Of a stretch of 64,000 nt of DNA, positions 19,565 to 30,110 are shown piece after piece. How positions within the stretch are numbered: the stretch's first letter is position 1; each line of letters opens with the position of its first letter. Both the position numbers and the translations under genes were made by a program. Source of the stretch: an uncultured Gemmatimonadales bacterium. GTDB taxonomy: Bacteria > Gemmatimonadota > Gemmatimonadetes > Gemmatimonadales > GWC2-71-9. Location: positions 96,001 to 160,000 of the forward strand of contig CAWHFW010000002.1 in assembly GCA_963828735.1 (NCBI GenBank), given 5' to 3'. Below the pieces are notes generated by a model. It saw nothing but the letters and a program-made list of their open reading frames with translations. It searched no databases and was not told where the DNA came from.

Positions 19565-21907
19565 CTAGCCGCCGATGGCCGCGACCGCCGCGTCCGGCAC
19601 CCACCCTTCCCGACCGCCCGCGGCCCGGACGAGCAACCATCCGCCGCTGTGCGCCACGACCCGCACGGCGCTGCCTCCCTCGATCGGCGCCAATGCCGGC
19701 GCGCGACCGTGTGGGGAGAGGCGGAGGGTGGCATCGTCGAGCACGATGGCCAGCGGCCGCCGGTACCAGATCCGGAGGGCGAGCCCGCTGAGCACCGCGG
19801 TGCCCGCGAAGACGAGCAGAACCAGCCACCGTTCCCGGATCCGCGGCCGGACGATCCAGCCGAGCCAGCCGGCCATCCAGCCCACGGCTCCCCACAGCAG
19901 CAGCTCCTCCGGGGTCACCGGGGGCGACCAGGTCCAGCGGGCCGACGTGACGTCCGGTGGCGGCGTGAGGTCCAGGGCGCGACGGACCGACGGCTCGCGA
20001 GGATCGAGCCGCCGCGCACGAAGCCACGCGGCCTCCGCGCGCCCGGGTTGGCCCAGGCGATAGTAGGTCGCGCCGAGGTTGTACCAATGGCCGGCGACCG
20101 CGGGCTCGTCGGCAGCGCGAAGGGCGAACCCATCCGCTGCGGCATGCAGCGCGCCGCTCTGGTACAGCTGCTCGGGGGCCGGGTTCTGCGCACGCACGGC
20201 CGGCGCGAGCGCGGCGAGCAACAGGAGCGCGATCGCACCTCCGTGCCGCCGCACCGAGCCGCCGAGTCGGCGGACCACCTCCTGCGCCTCGGCGGCCAGT
20301 CCCTGGTCTTCGGCGGTCGTGCCGGTGGGTCCGTATCGCCGCGCCAGCAGGCGCTCGCGCACGGCGGCGACGCGCGCCGCGAGCTCGGCATCCGCGCCGG
20401 CGGCCCGGACCGCGGCGGCCAGGGCCGGACCGAAGCAGCGATCGGGGTCGGGCGCGAGCGTCACGAGGAGAGCGTCGAGGGCGGCTTCGACGGTTCCGAG
20501 GTCCCGGCCGGCCGGCGCGGCGACGCGTCGTGCGCGCGCAGGCCGCCAGCCGAGGCGCCCCCTGAGGGAGAACAGCAGCGGCGGGAGGCCCAACAGCGCG
20601 ACCCACACCCAATCCGGCACGCGATGCGCCACGGACCATGCGAGGGCCGGCCGCTCCTCGCCCACGAGATCCGGCGGGAGCGCGGTGGCGGCCGCGCTCT
20701 CGCCCCGCGGAGCCACCGGCACCGACGTCGGCGCCACCAGCAGCTCGCGGTATTGGGCGGCACCCAGGTCGAAATACGGATAGTGCACGCCCGGCAACGC
20801 GAGCGCGCCGACGGAATCCGGCACGACGAGATAGCGGAAGGTCTTGGTCCCGCCGACGCGCCCGTCGGTCGCCGTCACCTGTTCGTCGACGCGTTCGAGG
20901 TAGGCGCGTACGTCCGACGGCCAGGTCACCTCCGGGTTCGGCCACAGAGCGGTGTTGCCTAGGCCTGCGAGGCGCAGCTCGACCGCGAGCCCCTCGCCGA
21001 CGCTCGCGCTGGGCGGGGAGAGATGGCGCTCGAGGGTGAGCCCCGTGCCGATCGCGCCGGCGAAGCCCACGGGGCGGCCGGTCGAAGGGAGCGGGAGCAC
21101 GACCAGCGTGTCCGATCGGCTCGAGAGGGCGAACCGCTCTTCCTGGCTGAAGAACTGGAGTGCGACGGGTGTGCTGTACTTGAGCGTCGCGCGGGGGATG
21201 CCCACCGTGCCCGTCACCAGTGGAAAGACGACCTGGTGCGAGACGAAGAGGTCGTACCATCGACCGTGAATGTTCCGGGTTGCGGCGATGCCGCTGGGGG
21301 TCGTCTGGGGGAAGCTCCACACACCGTCGATGACCGGCGGTTGCAGGGTCGGCGGGCGGCGGAGCTGGAGCCGCAGGTCGCGCGGGAACCACGCGGCGGT
21401 GACGACGTCGACCTGCTCCCCGACTCGCACGGTGTCGGTCGACACGAGCAGGTCGACGGCCGGCTCGCCGGCGGGAGGCGCCGGCGCGCGCTCCAGGAGC
21501 TGCCGAAGCCGCGGCCCGAGGGCCGAGGCGGTGGCGGCCCGATTCGCGGCGACGTCCACCACGACCGGCTCCGCTTCCACGGTGTCCTGTCCCTGGACCG
21601 CACGCGCGGGGCCGATCTGCCAATGTCCGGGGCGCACCGCGCGGAGCCGGACCTCGAGGACGGTGGTCCGGATGGGCCCGGCACCGAAGCCGACCTCCGT
21701 CCGCTCGCTCCGGGCGACGACTTCGAGACCGGTGAACGCGGCGAGTGTGACCTGCATCGGGACGGGGGAATGGCTCACCGCCCGTAGCGTGTACGTCAGC
21801 TCCTCGCCGACCGAGAGCCGGTCCTCGTCAACCGAGGCTTCCAGTTGCGGCCGGGTTCCCTGAAGCGAGGCGAGCGCGATCGCCAGCACCGGCAGGAGCG
21901 GCCTCAC
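19565..21907 (-). CDS. BatD-family protein with C-terminal TPR and SH3-like (BatE-like) region
   Basis: Signal peptide, Ig-like repeats, WYNLGATYYRLG TPR, GREGWVP SH3-like end; in MoxR/VWA operon. Confidence 0.75.
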   Translation of the reverse strand: MRPLLPVLAIALASLQGTRPQLEASVDEDRLSVGEELTYTLRAVSHSPVPMQVTLAAFTGLEVVARSERTEVGFGAGPIRTTVLEVRLRAVRPGHWQIGPARAVQGQDTVEAEPVVVDVAANRAATASALGPRLRQLLERAPAPPAGEPAVDLLVSTDTVRVGEQVDVVTAAWFPRDLRLQLRRPPTLQPPVIDGVWSFPQTTPSGIAATRNIHGRWYDLFVSHQVVFPLVTGTVGIPRATLKYSTPVALQFFSQEERFALSSRSDTLVVLPLPSTGRPVGFAGAIGTGLTLERHLSPPSASVGEGLAVELRLAGLGNTALWPNPEVTWPSDVRAYLERVDEQVTATDGRVGGTKTFRYLVVPDSVGALALPGVHYPYFDLGAAQYRELLVAPTSVPVAPRGESAAATALPPDLVGEERPALAWSVAHRVPDWVWVALLGLPPLLFSLRGRLGWRPARARRVAAPAGRDLGTVEAALDALLVTLAPDPDRCFGPALAAAVRAAGADAELAARVAAVRERLLARRYGPTGTTAEDQGLAAEAQEVVRRLGGSVRRHGGAIALLLLAALAPAVRAQNPAPEQLYQSGALHAAADGFALRAADEPAVAGHWYNLGATYYRLGQPGRAEAAWLRARRLDPREPSVRRALDLTPPPDVTSARWTWSPPVTPEELLLWGAVGWMAGWLGWIVRPRIRERWLVLLVFAGTAVLSGLALRIWYRRPLAIVLDDATLRLSPHGRAPALAPIEGGSAVRVVAHSGGWLLVRAAGGREGWVPDAAVAAIGG

Positions 21908-23538
21908 CAGTCCTTGACCCCGCCGGAGCTGCCCTGCAGGCGACGCTGTTGCTCCTCACGCGTCTCGCGCTCGCGGCGCTCCATCGAGTTGAGAATCTGC
22001 TCGGCCTGACTCTGCGACAGATCCCTGGACTGCGGCTCGGGCGGCTTCTGCGGCTGGGGCGATTGCGGCCCGCCGCTGGGTGGCGGCGTGCCTCCTCCGC
22101 CTCCGCCGCCCTGTGGTGGCGGGGGCGGACGGCGCCGCTCGGCGAGCTCGAGATTCCATTTGGCGCGTGCGGACGAGGGTTGCAGCAGCAGCGCCTGCCG
22201 GAGGCGGTCCGTGGCGTCGTCGAGCATCTCGTCTCGTCGCGATGTGTCGCCCTGGGCGGTGAGCAGCGAAACGAGCCCCAGATTGTAGAGGGCGCGATAC
22301 CGCAGGCCGGGGTCGAGCGACTTGGCGGCTTCGGCCAGCGCGCCGCGGGCGACTTCGAGCCGCCCGGCCTCGAGCGCGGCCGTGCCCGCGTTGTAGAACG
22401 CCGTGTCCTTGGCGCGCCCGGTCCCCGCCTCCTTCAGAAACTCGGCGGCCGCACGGGAGGGATCGCCGGCCGCGAGGGCGCGCGCCCCCGCGGTGGGTCG
22501 CTGGGCCGCGGCGGGCCGGGCGAGCAGCAGCAGGCCCGCCAGGCCCACCAGGGCCGGCCCCGGACGGGCGATGGTGTAGGCGAGCAGGAGCAGCGCCGCG
22601 ACGAGGCCGGGAATCCAGGCGCGAGGCACCAGATCCGCCGTCCGCGTCGCCGACGTGGGACTTCGCTTGAACGCGGCGACGAGATCGCGCACGGCCCCGG
22701 CCTGATCGCGCGCCTCGCTCGGAATGAGCGTGCCCTCGGCGGCGTCGGCCATGGCGCGGAGAATGTCGTCGCGCCGCTGGGTCTCGATGACGGTGCCCTC
22801 GTCGTCACGCTTGTACTCGACCAGCGCTCCGGTCGAATCGCGGATCGGAATGCGGATCGGCGCGGCGCCGCCTTCGCCGACGACGATCAGACGGACACCC
22901 GCCTCCTTGAGCACCTCCGCCTGACGCACGATCTCGGGCAGCGTGTCGTGCGCCTCGCCGTCGGTGAACACGACCAGCACGCGGTCCGCCGCGTCGGAGG
23001 TCGCGGCGAGAAGCTGCGTCCCCTGCGCGATCACGCTCGAGAGCGTCGTGCCGCCTTCGCTCGCGAGATCGGGATCGAGCGCGTCGAGGTACATGCGGAT
23101 CGCGCCGCCATCGACCGTGAGCGGTGACAGGATGTAGCTCCGGCCCGCGAAAGCGATGAGCCCGAGGCGGTCGCCCTCGAGGTCCTGGATGAGACGGCGG
23201 GACTCGCGAATGGCGCGCTGGAGACGGTTCGGCTGCACGTCCTCCGCCAGCATCGAGCGGCTGATGTCCACGGCGAACACGAGACTCAGCGCGCGCGACT
23301 CGGTCCGGATCTCGGTCCGACCCCAGCGCGGGCCGGCCAGCGCGACGACGATCGCGAGGCCCACGAGGCCCAGCACCACCGGCGCCCACGCGCCCCGCGC
23401 CCTGGCGAGGCGTCCGAGCGCGGGCGACCAACGGCGCGCGAGCCGGATGCGTCGGCGGCGGCCGAGCCAGGCGGCAAAGCCGAGCGCCGCGCCGAAGAGC
23501 GGCGCCATGAGCAGCAGCAGCGGCGCATCGAAGATCAT
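21904..23538 (-). CDS. VWA + TPR protein (BatB/BatC-like fusion)
   Basis: DISRSMLAEDVQPNRL, DRLGLIAFAG, PLTVD, FTDGE; YNLG TPRs; C-terminal VKDW. Confidence 0.85.
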   Translation of the reverse strand: MIFDAPLLLLMAPLFGAALGFAAWLGRRRRIRLARRWSPALGRLARARGAWAPVVLGLVGLAIVVALAGPRWGRTEIRTESRALSLVFAVDISRSMLAEDVQPNRLQRAIRESRRLIQDLEGDRLGLIAFAGRSYILSPLTVDGGAIRMYLDALDPDLASEGGTTLSSVIAQGTQLLAATSDAADRVLVVFTDGEAHDTLPEIVRQAEVLKEAGVRLIVVGEGGAAPIRIPIRDSTGALVEYKRDDEGTVIETQRRDDILRAMADAAEGTLIPSEARDQAGAVRDLVAAFKRSPTSATRTADLVPRAWIPGLVAALLLLAYTIARPGPALVGLAGLLLLARPAAAQRPTAGARALAAGDPSRAAAEFLKEAGTGRAKDTAFYNAGTAALEAGRLEVARGALAEAAKSLDPGLRYRALYNLGLVSLLTAQGDTSRRDEMLDDATDRLRQALLLQPSSARAKWNLELAERRRPPPPPQGGGGGGGTPPPSGGPQSPQPQKPPEPQSRDLSQSQAEQILNSMERRERETREEQQRRLQGSSGGVKDW

Positions 23539-24509
23539 GGGACCCGCACCACCAGCGTGCTGCCGATGAGCAGCTCGAGCGCGAGCGCGGTCAGCCCGAG
23601 CAGAAGAAGCGGCCGCGTGGCCTCCTCGTACTTGGTGTAGCGCGTCACCTGGATCGGCGTCTTCTCGAGCTGGTCGATCTGGCGGAAGATCCGGCTCAGC
23701 GCCTCGCTGTCGCGCGCGCGGAAGTAGCGGCCGCCGGTCTTGTCGGCGATCTCGCGGAGCAGCGGCTCGTCGATGCGGACCGGAAGGAGCTCGTAGCGGA
23801 ACCCCCCGAGCCCACGGCCGGTCGGGATCGGCGCCTCGCCGATGGTGCCGACCCCGATCGTGTACACCCGGATCCCGTAGGCGGCGGCGGTGGCGGCGGC
23901 GGTCCGCGGATCGATCAGCCCCTTGTTGTTCTCCCCGTCCGTAAGGAGGAGCACGACCTTCGACTTGTCGGGCGCGCGCCGCAGCCGGTTCACCGCCGTC
24001 GCGAGGCCGCTCCCGATGGCCGTGCCGTCCTCGAGGCTGCCGATCTTGAGGTCCATCACCGCCTGCTCGACGACCGGGTAGTCGAGCGTGACCGGCACCT
24101 GCGTCAGGGCCTCCCCCGCGAAGGCGACCAGCCCGATGCGGTCGGCCGAGCGGCCCCGGATGAACGCGACCGCCTGGCGCTGGGCGACGGCGAGCCGGTT
24201 CGAGGGCGCGAAGTCCTCGGCCAGCATGCTGCTCGAGATGTCGATCGCGATGACGATGGCGATGCCCTCCTGCTTCACCTCGACCGTGTCGCCGCCGACC
24301 CGCGGCCCGGCCGCCGCGAGCACGAGGGCCGCGGCGCTCACCCCGCGCAGCATGGGCGGAATCGCGACCCACCAGCGGCGCGCGCTCACCGCGGCGGGAA
24401 TGGAGACGTCGCTGTAGGCCGCCGCCGGCACCTCGCCCCGCCGGCGGCGCCACCACCAGATGACCAGCCCGATCAGCAGCAGCAGGAGCCAGGGCCGGGC
24501 GAATGTCAC
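23535..24509 (-). CDS. VWA domain protein (BatA-like)
   Basis: DISSSMLAEDF..NRL, DRIGLVAFAG, GTAIGSGL, LTDGENN, IADKTGGRYFRA. Confidence 0.9.
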   Translation of the reverse strand: MTFARPWLLLLLIGLVIWWWRRRRGEVPAAAYSDVSIPAAVSARRWWVAIPPMLRGVSAAALVLAAAGPRVGGDTVEVKQEGIAIVIAIDISSSMLAEDFAPSNRLAVAQRQAVAFIRGRSADRIGLVAFAGEALTQVPVTLDYPVVEQAVMDLKIGSLEDGTAIGSGLATAVNRLRRAPDKSKVVLLLTDGENNKGLIDPRTAAATAAAYGIRVYTIGVGTIGEAPIPTGRGLGGFRYELLPVRIDEPLLREIADKTGGRYFRARDSEALSRIFRQIDQLEKTPIQVTRYTKYEEATRPLLLLGLTALALELLIGSTLVVRVP

Positions 24510-25303
24510 GCGGCCTCCGGGACCAGGCGCGGCGCCAGCTCGTCGGCCCACCGGGCGAGCCCGACCGCGTCGGGGAACGCCGTCTGGCCGAAGCGCGCCT
24601 CGTCCAACGAGCGAAGCAGGTCGGCGAGCTCGCCGAGCGGCCAATCGGTGCGCGGGGCGACCACGCGGAGCACGTCCTCGGTGTCGAGGCCGGGGTGCGC
24701 CGACGGCATGCGAGCGGCGATGAGCGAGCGCAGCCGCTGGGCGGCGACGGACGCCACGGCCCGGGTCTCGCCGGCGTCGGCCCATCGGTCGAGCGGAGGC
24801 CCGGCCTCGCCGAGGAGCGCCAGCGCCGGCCGCGGACGCGGCTTCCCGCGCCGCCGCCACCACCAGTGCAGCGGCGCGAGCAGGAGCGCGGCCAACGCGA
24901 GCAGCAGGAGAAGGGGGAGCACGCTCAGGCTCGTGCGCGGCACGAAGTCGGCGCGCGGCTGCGGCGCGAGCGACTCGGGGGGCACCGGCGGCAGCACGCT
25001 CGCGATGCGGAGGTCCATCGGTCGCGGCGGGACCGAATCGATGCGTCCGCCCTCCGTGAGCAGGAGGGGGCCGGGGACGTCGAGCGTGATCGGCCCCGCG
25101 CGCCACACGACGATGGGATACGCGATGTCGGCCGAGTCGCCGTGCGGGGTGACGCGCGGCGGACCGAGACGCTCCACGGGGTCGGCGGGGTCCCAGTCGG
25201 CCGGGCGGAGCGTCGCGCCGGGAGGAACGGCCACGGTGCGCGCGACCCAGATCGTGTCGCCGACGGTCGGCGCGGGGGCCGGCACCTGCACGAGCACGAT
25301 CAT
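24506..25303 (-). CDS. Hypothetical membrane protein of the Bat operon
   Basis: Single TM; coupled on both sides. Confidence 0.7.
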   Translation of the reverse strand: MIVLVQVPAPAPTVGDTIWVARTVAVPPGATLRPADWDPADPVERLGPPRVTPHGDSADIAYPIVVWRAGPITLDVPGPLLLTEGGRIDSVPPRPMDLRIASVLPPVPPESLAPQPRADFVPRTSLSVLPLLLLLALAALLLAPLHWWWRRRGKPRPRPALALLGEAGPPLDRWADAGETRAVASVAAQRLRSLIAARMPSAHPGLDTEDVLRVVAPRTDWPLGELADLLRSLDEARFGQTAFPDAVGLARWADELAPRLVPEAA

Positions 25304-26181
25304 GCGCGGCGGATCCGCCGGGCCCGCTGCGCAAACGCGCGGCGGAGCGGCAATGCGTACGGCACGCCCGTCTCGAGGTGCACCTGGTCGGCCCCGGAGG
25401 CCTTGAGGGTTCGGCTCCGCTCCTCGCGGCGCGCGCGCGTGAGGGTGCCGACGCGGGTGCGCACTTCCCGGCTGCCCGTGTCCACCAGCACCCGGCGTCC
25501 GGTTTCCGCGTCCAGCATCTCGATCCAGCCCGATTCGGGGAGCTCGTGCTCGCGGGGATCATCCACCGTGATGGCGACCACCTCGTGTCGCGCCGCGAGG
25601 CGCCGAAGGGGCCGCTCCCATCCCTCGGCGATGAAGTCGGAGAGGATGACGACAATGCTCCGGTGCCGGAGCAGGCGGCTCGCGTAGGACAGGCTGGCGG
25701 CCAGATTGGTGCGGCGGCCGGTCGGCTCGAACGCGACGAGATCGCGGATGACCCGGAGCGCGTGGCGGCGGCCCTTCCGCGGCGGGATCACGCTCTCGAC
25801 CTCGTCGGCGAAGAGCAGAGCGCCCACCCGATCGTTCTGCCGCGCCGCCGCCAGCGCGAGCACGGCGGCGACTTCCACCGCCAGCGACGCCTTCGTCAGC
25901 GGCTCGCCGAACCGGGTGGATCCCGACTGGTCCACCAGCAGCATCAAGGTGAGCTCACGCTCCTCGGTGAACGTCTTGACGTAGGGGCTGGCCAGGCGGG
26001 CGGAGACGTTCCAGTCGATCGACCGGAAGTCGTCGCCCGCCTCGTACGCGCGGACCTCCGCGAACTCCATCCCCTGCCCCCGGAACACGGAGCGGTACTC
26101 GCCCGCGAAGAGCGACCCCACCAGGCCGCGCGTGCGCAGCTCGATGCCTTTGACCTGCTTGAGGATGTCGGGGGAGATCAT
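25300..26181 (-). CDS. DUF58 domain protein
   Basis: GEYRSVFRGQGMEFAEVRAY..GDD.R.IDWNVSAR, EERE, SDF. Confidence 0.92.
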   Translation of the reverse strand: MISPDILKQVKGIELRTRGLVGSLFAGEYRSVFRGQGMEFAEVRAYEAGDDFRSIDWNVSARLASPYVKTFTEERELTLMLLVDQSGSTRFGEPLTKASLAVEVAAVLALAAARQNDRVGALLFADEVESVIPPRKGRRHALRVIRDLVAFEPTGRRTNLAASLSYASRLLRHRSIVVILSDFIAEGWERPLRRLAARHEVVAITVDDPREHELPESGWIEMLDAETGRRVLVDTGSREVRTRVGTLTRARREERSRTLKASGADQVHLETGVPYALPLRRAFAQRARRIRRA

Positions 26182-26211
26182 GCGATCGGGTCGTCGGTGG
26201 TGCGCTGATCC

Positions 26212-27192
26212 TCACGGCACTCGGAGCGCACCGAGCACCTTGGTCACGACGCTATCGCTGTCCACATCCTCGGCCTCGGCCTCGAACGTGAGAACGATCC
26301 GGTGGCGCAGCACGTCGGGAGCGAGGGCGCGGACGTCCTCGGGCACGACGTAGGCGCGGCCCCGGAGAAAGGCGTGGGCCCGGGCCGCCTGGGCTAGCGC
26401 GATCGAGGCGCGCGGCGATGCGCCGAAGGCGATGAGCGGCTTGAGCTCGCCGAGCCCCACGCCGCCCGGGTCGCGCGTCGCGCGTACGAGGTCCACGATG
26501 TAGTCCACCACCTTCTGGTCCATGTAGAGATCGGCGATGGCCGCGCGCGCCGCGAGGATCGCGCCCGGCTCGAGCAGCCGCTCGACGGGAATCTCGTGGC
26601 CGCCGCTCATGCGCAGCAGCACTTCCTTCTCTTCATCCCGGCTGGGATAGCTCACCCGCACCTTGAGCATGAAGCGATCGAGCTGCGCTTCCGGGAGCGG
26701 ATAGGTGCCCTCGTTCTCGATCGGATTCTGGGTGGCGAGCACGAGGAAGGGCTCGTCGAGCCGATAGGTGGTGCCGCCGATGGTGACCTGGTGCTCCTGC
26801 ATCCCCTCGAGCAGCGCCGCCTGCACCTTGGCCGGCGCGCGGTTGATCTCGTCGGCCAGGATGATCTGCGCGAACAGCGGCCCTTTCTTGACGAAGAAGT
26901 CCTGGGTCTTCTGGTCGAAGACCATGGTGCCGATTACGTCGGCGGGCAGGAGATCGGGCGTGAACTGGATGCGGGAGAACGAGGCGTTGATGATCTCGGC
27001 GAGCGTCCGCACCGCGAGGGTCTTCGCGAGGCCGGGCACGCCCTCCAGCAGGATGTGGCCGCCGGTGAGCATGCCCACGAGCAGCCGCTCGATCATCGCG
27101 TCCTGGCCCACGATCCGGCGGGACACCTCCTTGAGAATCCGCTGCACGGGCAGCGTCTCCGCCGGTTTGTCGGTCAGCTTCGGCGCGCTCAC
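26212..27192 (-). CDS. moxR: MoxR-family AAA+ ATPase
   Basis: EGVPGLAKT, RIQFTPDLLPAD, ADEINRAPAKVQ, ATQNPIE.EGTYPLPEAQLDRF. Confidence 0.95.
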   Translation of the reverse strand: MSAPKLTDKPAETLPVQRILKEVSRRIVGQDAMIERLLVGMLTGGHILLEGVPGLAKTLAVRTLAEIINASFSRIQFTPDLLPADVIGTMVFDQKTQDFFVKKGPLFAQIILADEINRAPAKVQAALLEGMQEHQVTIGGTTYRLDEPFLVLATQNPIENEGTYPLPEAQLDRFMLKVRVSYPSRDEEKEVLLRMSGGHEIPVERLLEPGAILAARAAIADLYMDQKVVDYIVDLVRATRDPGGVGLGELKPLIAFGASPRASIALAQAARAHAFLRGRAYVVPEDVRALAPDVLRHRIVLTFEAEAEDVDSDSVVTKVLGALRVP

Positions 27193-27352
27193 GCTCGCTG
27201 GCTCCTAAGGATGAGTGGGGGAAAGATAGCCGGGGCCGGATCGTTGTTCAGATGCGCGACCGGCGGCATGGGACGCAGGGTCGGGCACCGTCGGCTGCGG
27301 ACGTGCCCAGTTGCTGGACGGTCGTCCGGAAGCGGTGGTTTCACAGGCCCGG

Positions 27353-28084
27353 TCACTCCGGGTCCGCGTCCATCCGCACCGCCTTGTACAGCGCCGCTTC
27401 CTCCTTCGGCGCCAAGGGGCGGTAGCGTCCGGACGGCAGGTCCCCGAGGCGCACGGGACCGTACGAGAGGCGGGCGAGCCGGTCCACCTTGAGGCCCATC
27501 GCCTCCACCCACCTTCGCACGATCCGGTTGCGACCCTCCACCAGGGTGACGTCGAGGATGCTCCGTCCTTCCGTCCCTGGCCGCACGCGGACCTCGCTCG
27601 GCGCGACCGGCCGGCCGTCGATGACCGTCTTGCGCTTGACCGCTTCCCCGACCTCGGCGGTGGACAGCCCGTGCACCAGTGCGGTGTAGCGGCGCGGAAT
27701 ATGGTAGCGCGGGTGGGTCAGCCGATGGACCGCCTCACCGTCCGTGGTGAGCAGCAGGAGACCGGTGGTCATCACGTCGAGGCGGCCCACGTACGTCAGG
27801 CCGGCCGGATCGGGGATGTAGTCGAGGACGGTGCGGCGGCCTTCCTCGTCGCTCGCAGTCGTGACCACGCCGAGCGGCTTGTGGAAGGCGAGCCAGCGCC
27901 GGGCCTGCAGTTTCACCGCGCGTCCGCCCACCGTGATCTTTTGCCGGTCCGGATCCACCTTCGAGCCGAGCGACGCCACCGCCCCGTCGACCCGGACCTT
28001 GCCGTCCCGGATCAGCGTTTCGGCGGCCCGCCGCGACGCGATCCCCGCCCGCGCCAGCGCGCGCTGGAGCCGCATCTCACTCAC
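27353..28084 (-). CDS. rluB: 23S rRNA pseudouridine synthase (RluB-like)
   Basis: RLQRALARAGIASRR S4 domain, HKPLG, VGRLD, EGRNRIVRR; follows scpB. Confidence 0.85.
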   Translation of the reverse strand: MSEMRLQRALARAGIASRRAAETLIRDGKVRVDGAVASLGSKVDPDRQKITVGGRAVKLQARRWLAFHKPLGVVTTASDEEGRRTVLDYIPDPAGLTYVGRLDVMTTGLLLLTTDGEAVHRLTHPRYHIPRRYTALVHGLSTAEVGEAVKRKTVIDGRPVAPSEVRVRPGTEGRSILDVTLVEGRNRIVRRWVEAMGLKVDRLARLSYGPVRLGDLPSGRYRPLAPKEEAALYKAVRMDADPE

Positions 28085-28665
28085 GACTCGGCCTCGACGT
28101 ACGCGGCGGCATCGTCACCGCCTTCCGGCTCCGGCCGGTGCGGCTGCAGCGCGATGGTGAGCTCCTCGGCCCGCGGCAGGTCGGCGAGGTCCCTGAGGCC
28201 GAGCAGCTCGAGGAACATCGCCGCCGTGCCGTAGAGCAGCGGACGGCCGAGGGCCTCGCTGCGCCCCACCACCTCGATGAGGCCACGCTCCTGGAGCGAG
28301 CGGAGCACGCCGCCTGCCGAGACGCCGCGGATCTCCTCGATCTCCGCCCGCCCAACCGGCTGGCGGTAGGCGATGACGGCCAACGTTTCAAGGGCCGCGG
28401 CGGTGAGCTTGGGCGTCCGCACCGAGAACTGGGCCCGCTCGATGGCGGCCGCGTGGACGGCGCGGGTCAGGATCTGGTAGCCGCCCGCGATCTCCGTCAG
28501 CTCCACGCCGTGCTGCTCGAAATCGTAGTGCTCGCGGACCTGCTCGAGCGCGACGCGCACGTCCGCGAGCGTCGCATCCTGGTCCAGGGTGGCGAGCTCC
28601 TCGACGGTGAGCGGGCGGGCGGCGCTGAACAGCGCCGCTTCAAGCAGCTGGGCGAGCGGGGTCAC
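28081..28665 (-). CDS. scpB: SMC-Scp complex subunit ScpB
   Basis: LEAALF, AALETLAVIAYRQPV, IEEIRGV, GRPLLYGT. Confidence 0.95.
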   Translation of the reverse strand: MTPLAQLLEAALFSAARPLTVEELATLDQDATLADVRVALEQVREHYDFEQHGVELTEIAGGYQILTRAVHAAAIERAQFSVRTPKLTAAALETLAVIAYRQPVGRAEIEEIRGVSAGGVLRSLQERGLIEVVGRSEALGRPLLYGTAAMFLELLGLRDLADLPRAEELTIALQPHRPEPEGGDDAAAYVEAES

Positions 28666-29386
28666 GGGCGATCACCATCGGCGCAAAGGCGGCCGGTTGC
28701 ATGATTCGGAGAGCGCCCCGCTTGGCGAGCTCGAGCAGGGCCAGCAGGGTCGAGAGCACGTCCACGATGGTCGGGCGAGGACCGAGGGCGTCGAGCCAGC
28801 CGAACTGCTCGCGCTCCTCGAGCAGCTGCTCGAGACGCCGCGTGGCCGACTCGACGTCGAGCGGCCGGGCCACCACCCGATGGAGCACGGGCGACGGAAT
28901 GGCGGCGATCACCCGCTCGACCGCCTGCAGCATCTCGAGGAGATCGAGCGTGAGCGGTGGCGGCGGGAGCTCGGGCGGTGGCGGGAGGTAGCCGCGGGCG
29001 AACTGGCCCGCGCGCCGCTCGGCGGCTCGGCCCATCCACACGGCGATCTCGCGGATCTGCTGGTACTCGAGGAGCCGCCGCACCAGCTCCGCGCGCGGAT
29101 CCTCCCAGCCGTCCTCCTCCGAGTGGCGCGGCAGCAGCATCTGCGCCTTGAGGCGCACCAGCCGGCTCGCCATGTCGAGGTAATCGGCGGCCTGGTTGAG
29201 GCCGAGCTCGTGGATGGCCTGAAGGAACTGGTCGGCGATCCGCGCGATCGGAATGTCCGCGATCTCGAGCTGCTCCTCGCGGAGCAGGTGCAGGAGCAGG
29301 TCCAGCGGGCCGTTGAACGCATCCAGCTGAACGACGAAGCCTGGCCCCGCGCCGAGCGCGGTGGTGGGCGCCTCAGGCGCCGTCAC
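28640..29386 (-). CDS. scpA: Segregation/condensation protein ScpA
   Basis: FNGPLDLLLHL, ADYLDMAS.L..LKAQMLLP, DPRAELVRRLLEY, LALLEL. Confidence 0.93.
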   Translation of the reverse strand: MTAPEAPTTALGAGPGFVVQLDAFNGPLDLLLHLLREEQLEIADIPIARIADQFLQAIHELGLNQAADYLDMASRLVRLKAQMLLPRHSEEDGWEDPRAELVRRLLEYQQIREIAVWMGRAAERRAGQFARGYLPPPPELPPPPLTLDLLEMLQAVERVIAAIPSPVLHRVVARPLDVESATRRLEQLLEEREQFGWLDALGPRPTIVDVLSTLLALLELAKRGALRIMQPAAFAPMVIARDPARPAA

Positions 29387-30081
29387 GAGAAGATGTCCCA
29401 TCCGTCACCGACCCGGAATGGCAGAATGAGTCGCAGCAGGAGGTCTCGCAGGTGATACGCCGGCGTCAGGAGGAACGAGACCACCGGGGGAAAAAAGAAT
29501 AGGAGCGCGAACAGCGGCAAATACCCGAACCGGCCCAGGCCACGGTACCACGTGCCCGCGCGGGGCGGCAGCGCGTGATACAGGAGGTGCGAGCCATCGA
29601 GCGGGGGAACCGGAATGAGGTTGAAGAAGCAGAGCACCAGGTTCAGCCAGATCCCGTACACCATCATGCGCTGCGCGGTGTCCAGGGCCGCCATCGCGCC
29701 GGGCACGCCGCGAGCGGCCATACCCAGGAGCACGAACAACACGGAAAAGACCAGCGAAAGCACCAGGTTGGTCGTGACGCCGGCCGCCGACACGATGATG
29801 TCGCCCCGACGAAATTTCCGGAACTTGCGCGAATTGACCGGCACCGGCTTGGCGCCGCCGAAGGTCCAGCTTCCGCCCGAGCCGAACCAGAGCAGCGCCG
29901 GCAGCAGCAGACTCATCCAGGGATCGATATGCGGCAGCGGATTGAGCGTGACCCGACCGAGCGTGTATGCGGTATCGTCGCCCTCGTGGAGCGCGGTCAC
30001 CGCGTGCGCGTACTCGTGCGCCACCATCGCGAAGACCAACATCGGGAACGCGAGGATGAAGTCGCTGATCTGGGCTTCCAG
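29383..30081 (-). CDS. Site-2 protease family (M50) metalloprotease
   Basis: HEYAH, GRVTLNPLPHID, AKPVPVN, FNLIPVPPLDG; start CTG 30081 or ATG 30042. Confidence 0.9.
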   Translation of the reverse strand: MEAQISDFILAFPMLVFAMVAHEYAHAVTALHEGDDTAYTLGRVTLNPLPHIDPWMSLLLPALLWFGSGGSWTFGGAKPVPVNSRKFRKFRRGDIIVSAAGVTTNLVLSLVFSVLFVLLGMAARGVPGAMAALDTAQRMMVYGIWLNLVLCFFNLIPVPPLDGSHLLYHALPPRAGTWYRGLGRFGYLPLFALLFFFPPVVSFLLTPAYHLRDLLLRLILPFRVGDGWDIFS

Positions 30082-30110
30082 GGTTCTGTCCTGTCGGTGG
30101 GGACGGCGGA

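Noticed and set aside
19565..27192. MoxR-DUF58-VWA-Bat cluster as a novel system
   Set aside because: Known, widespread operon type
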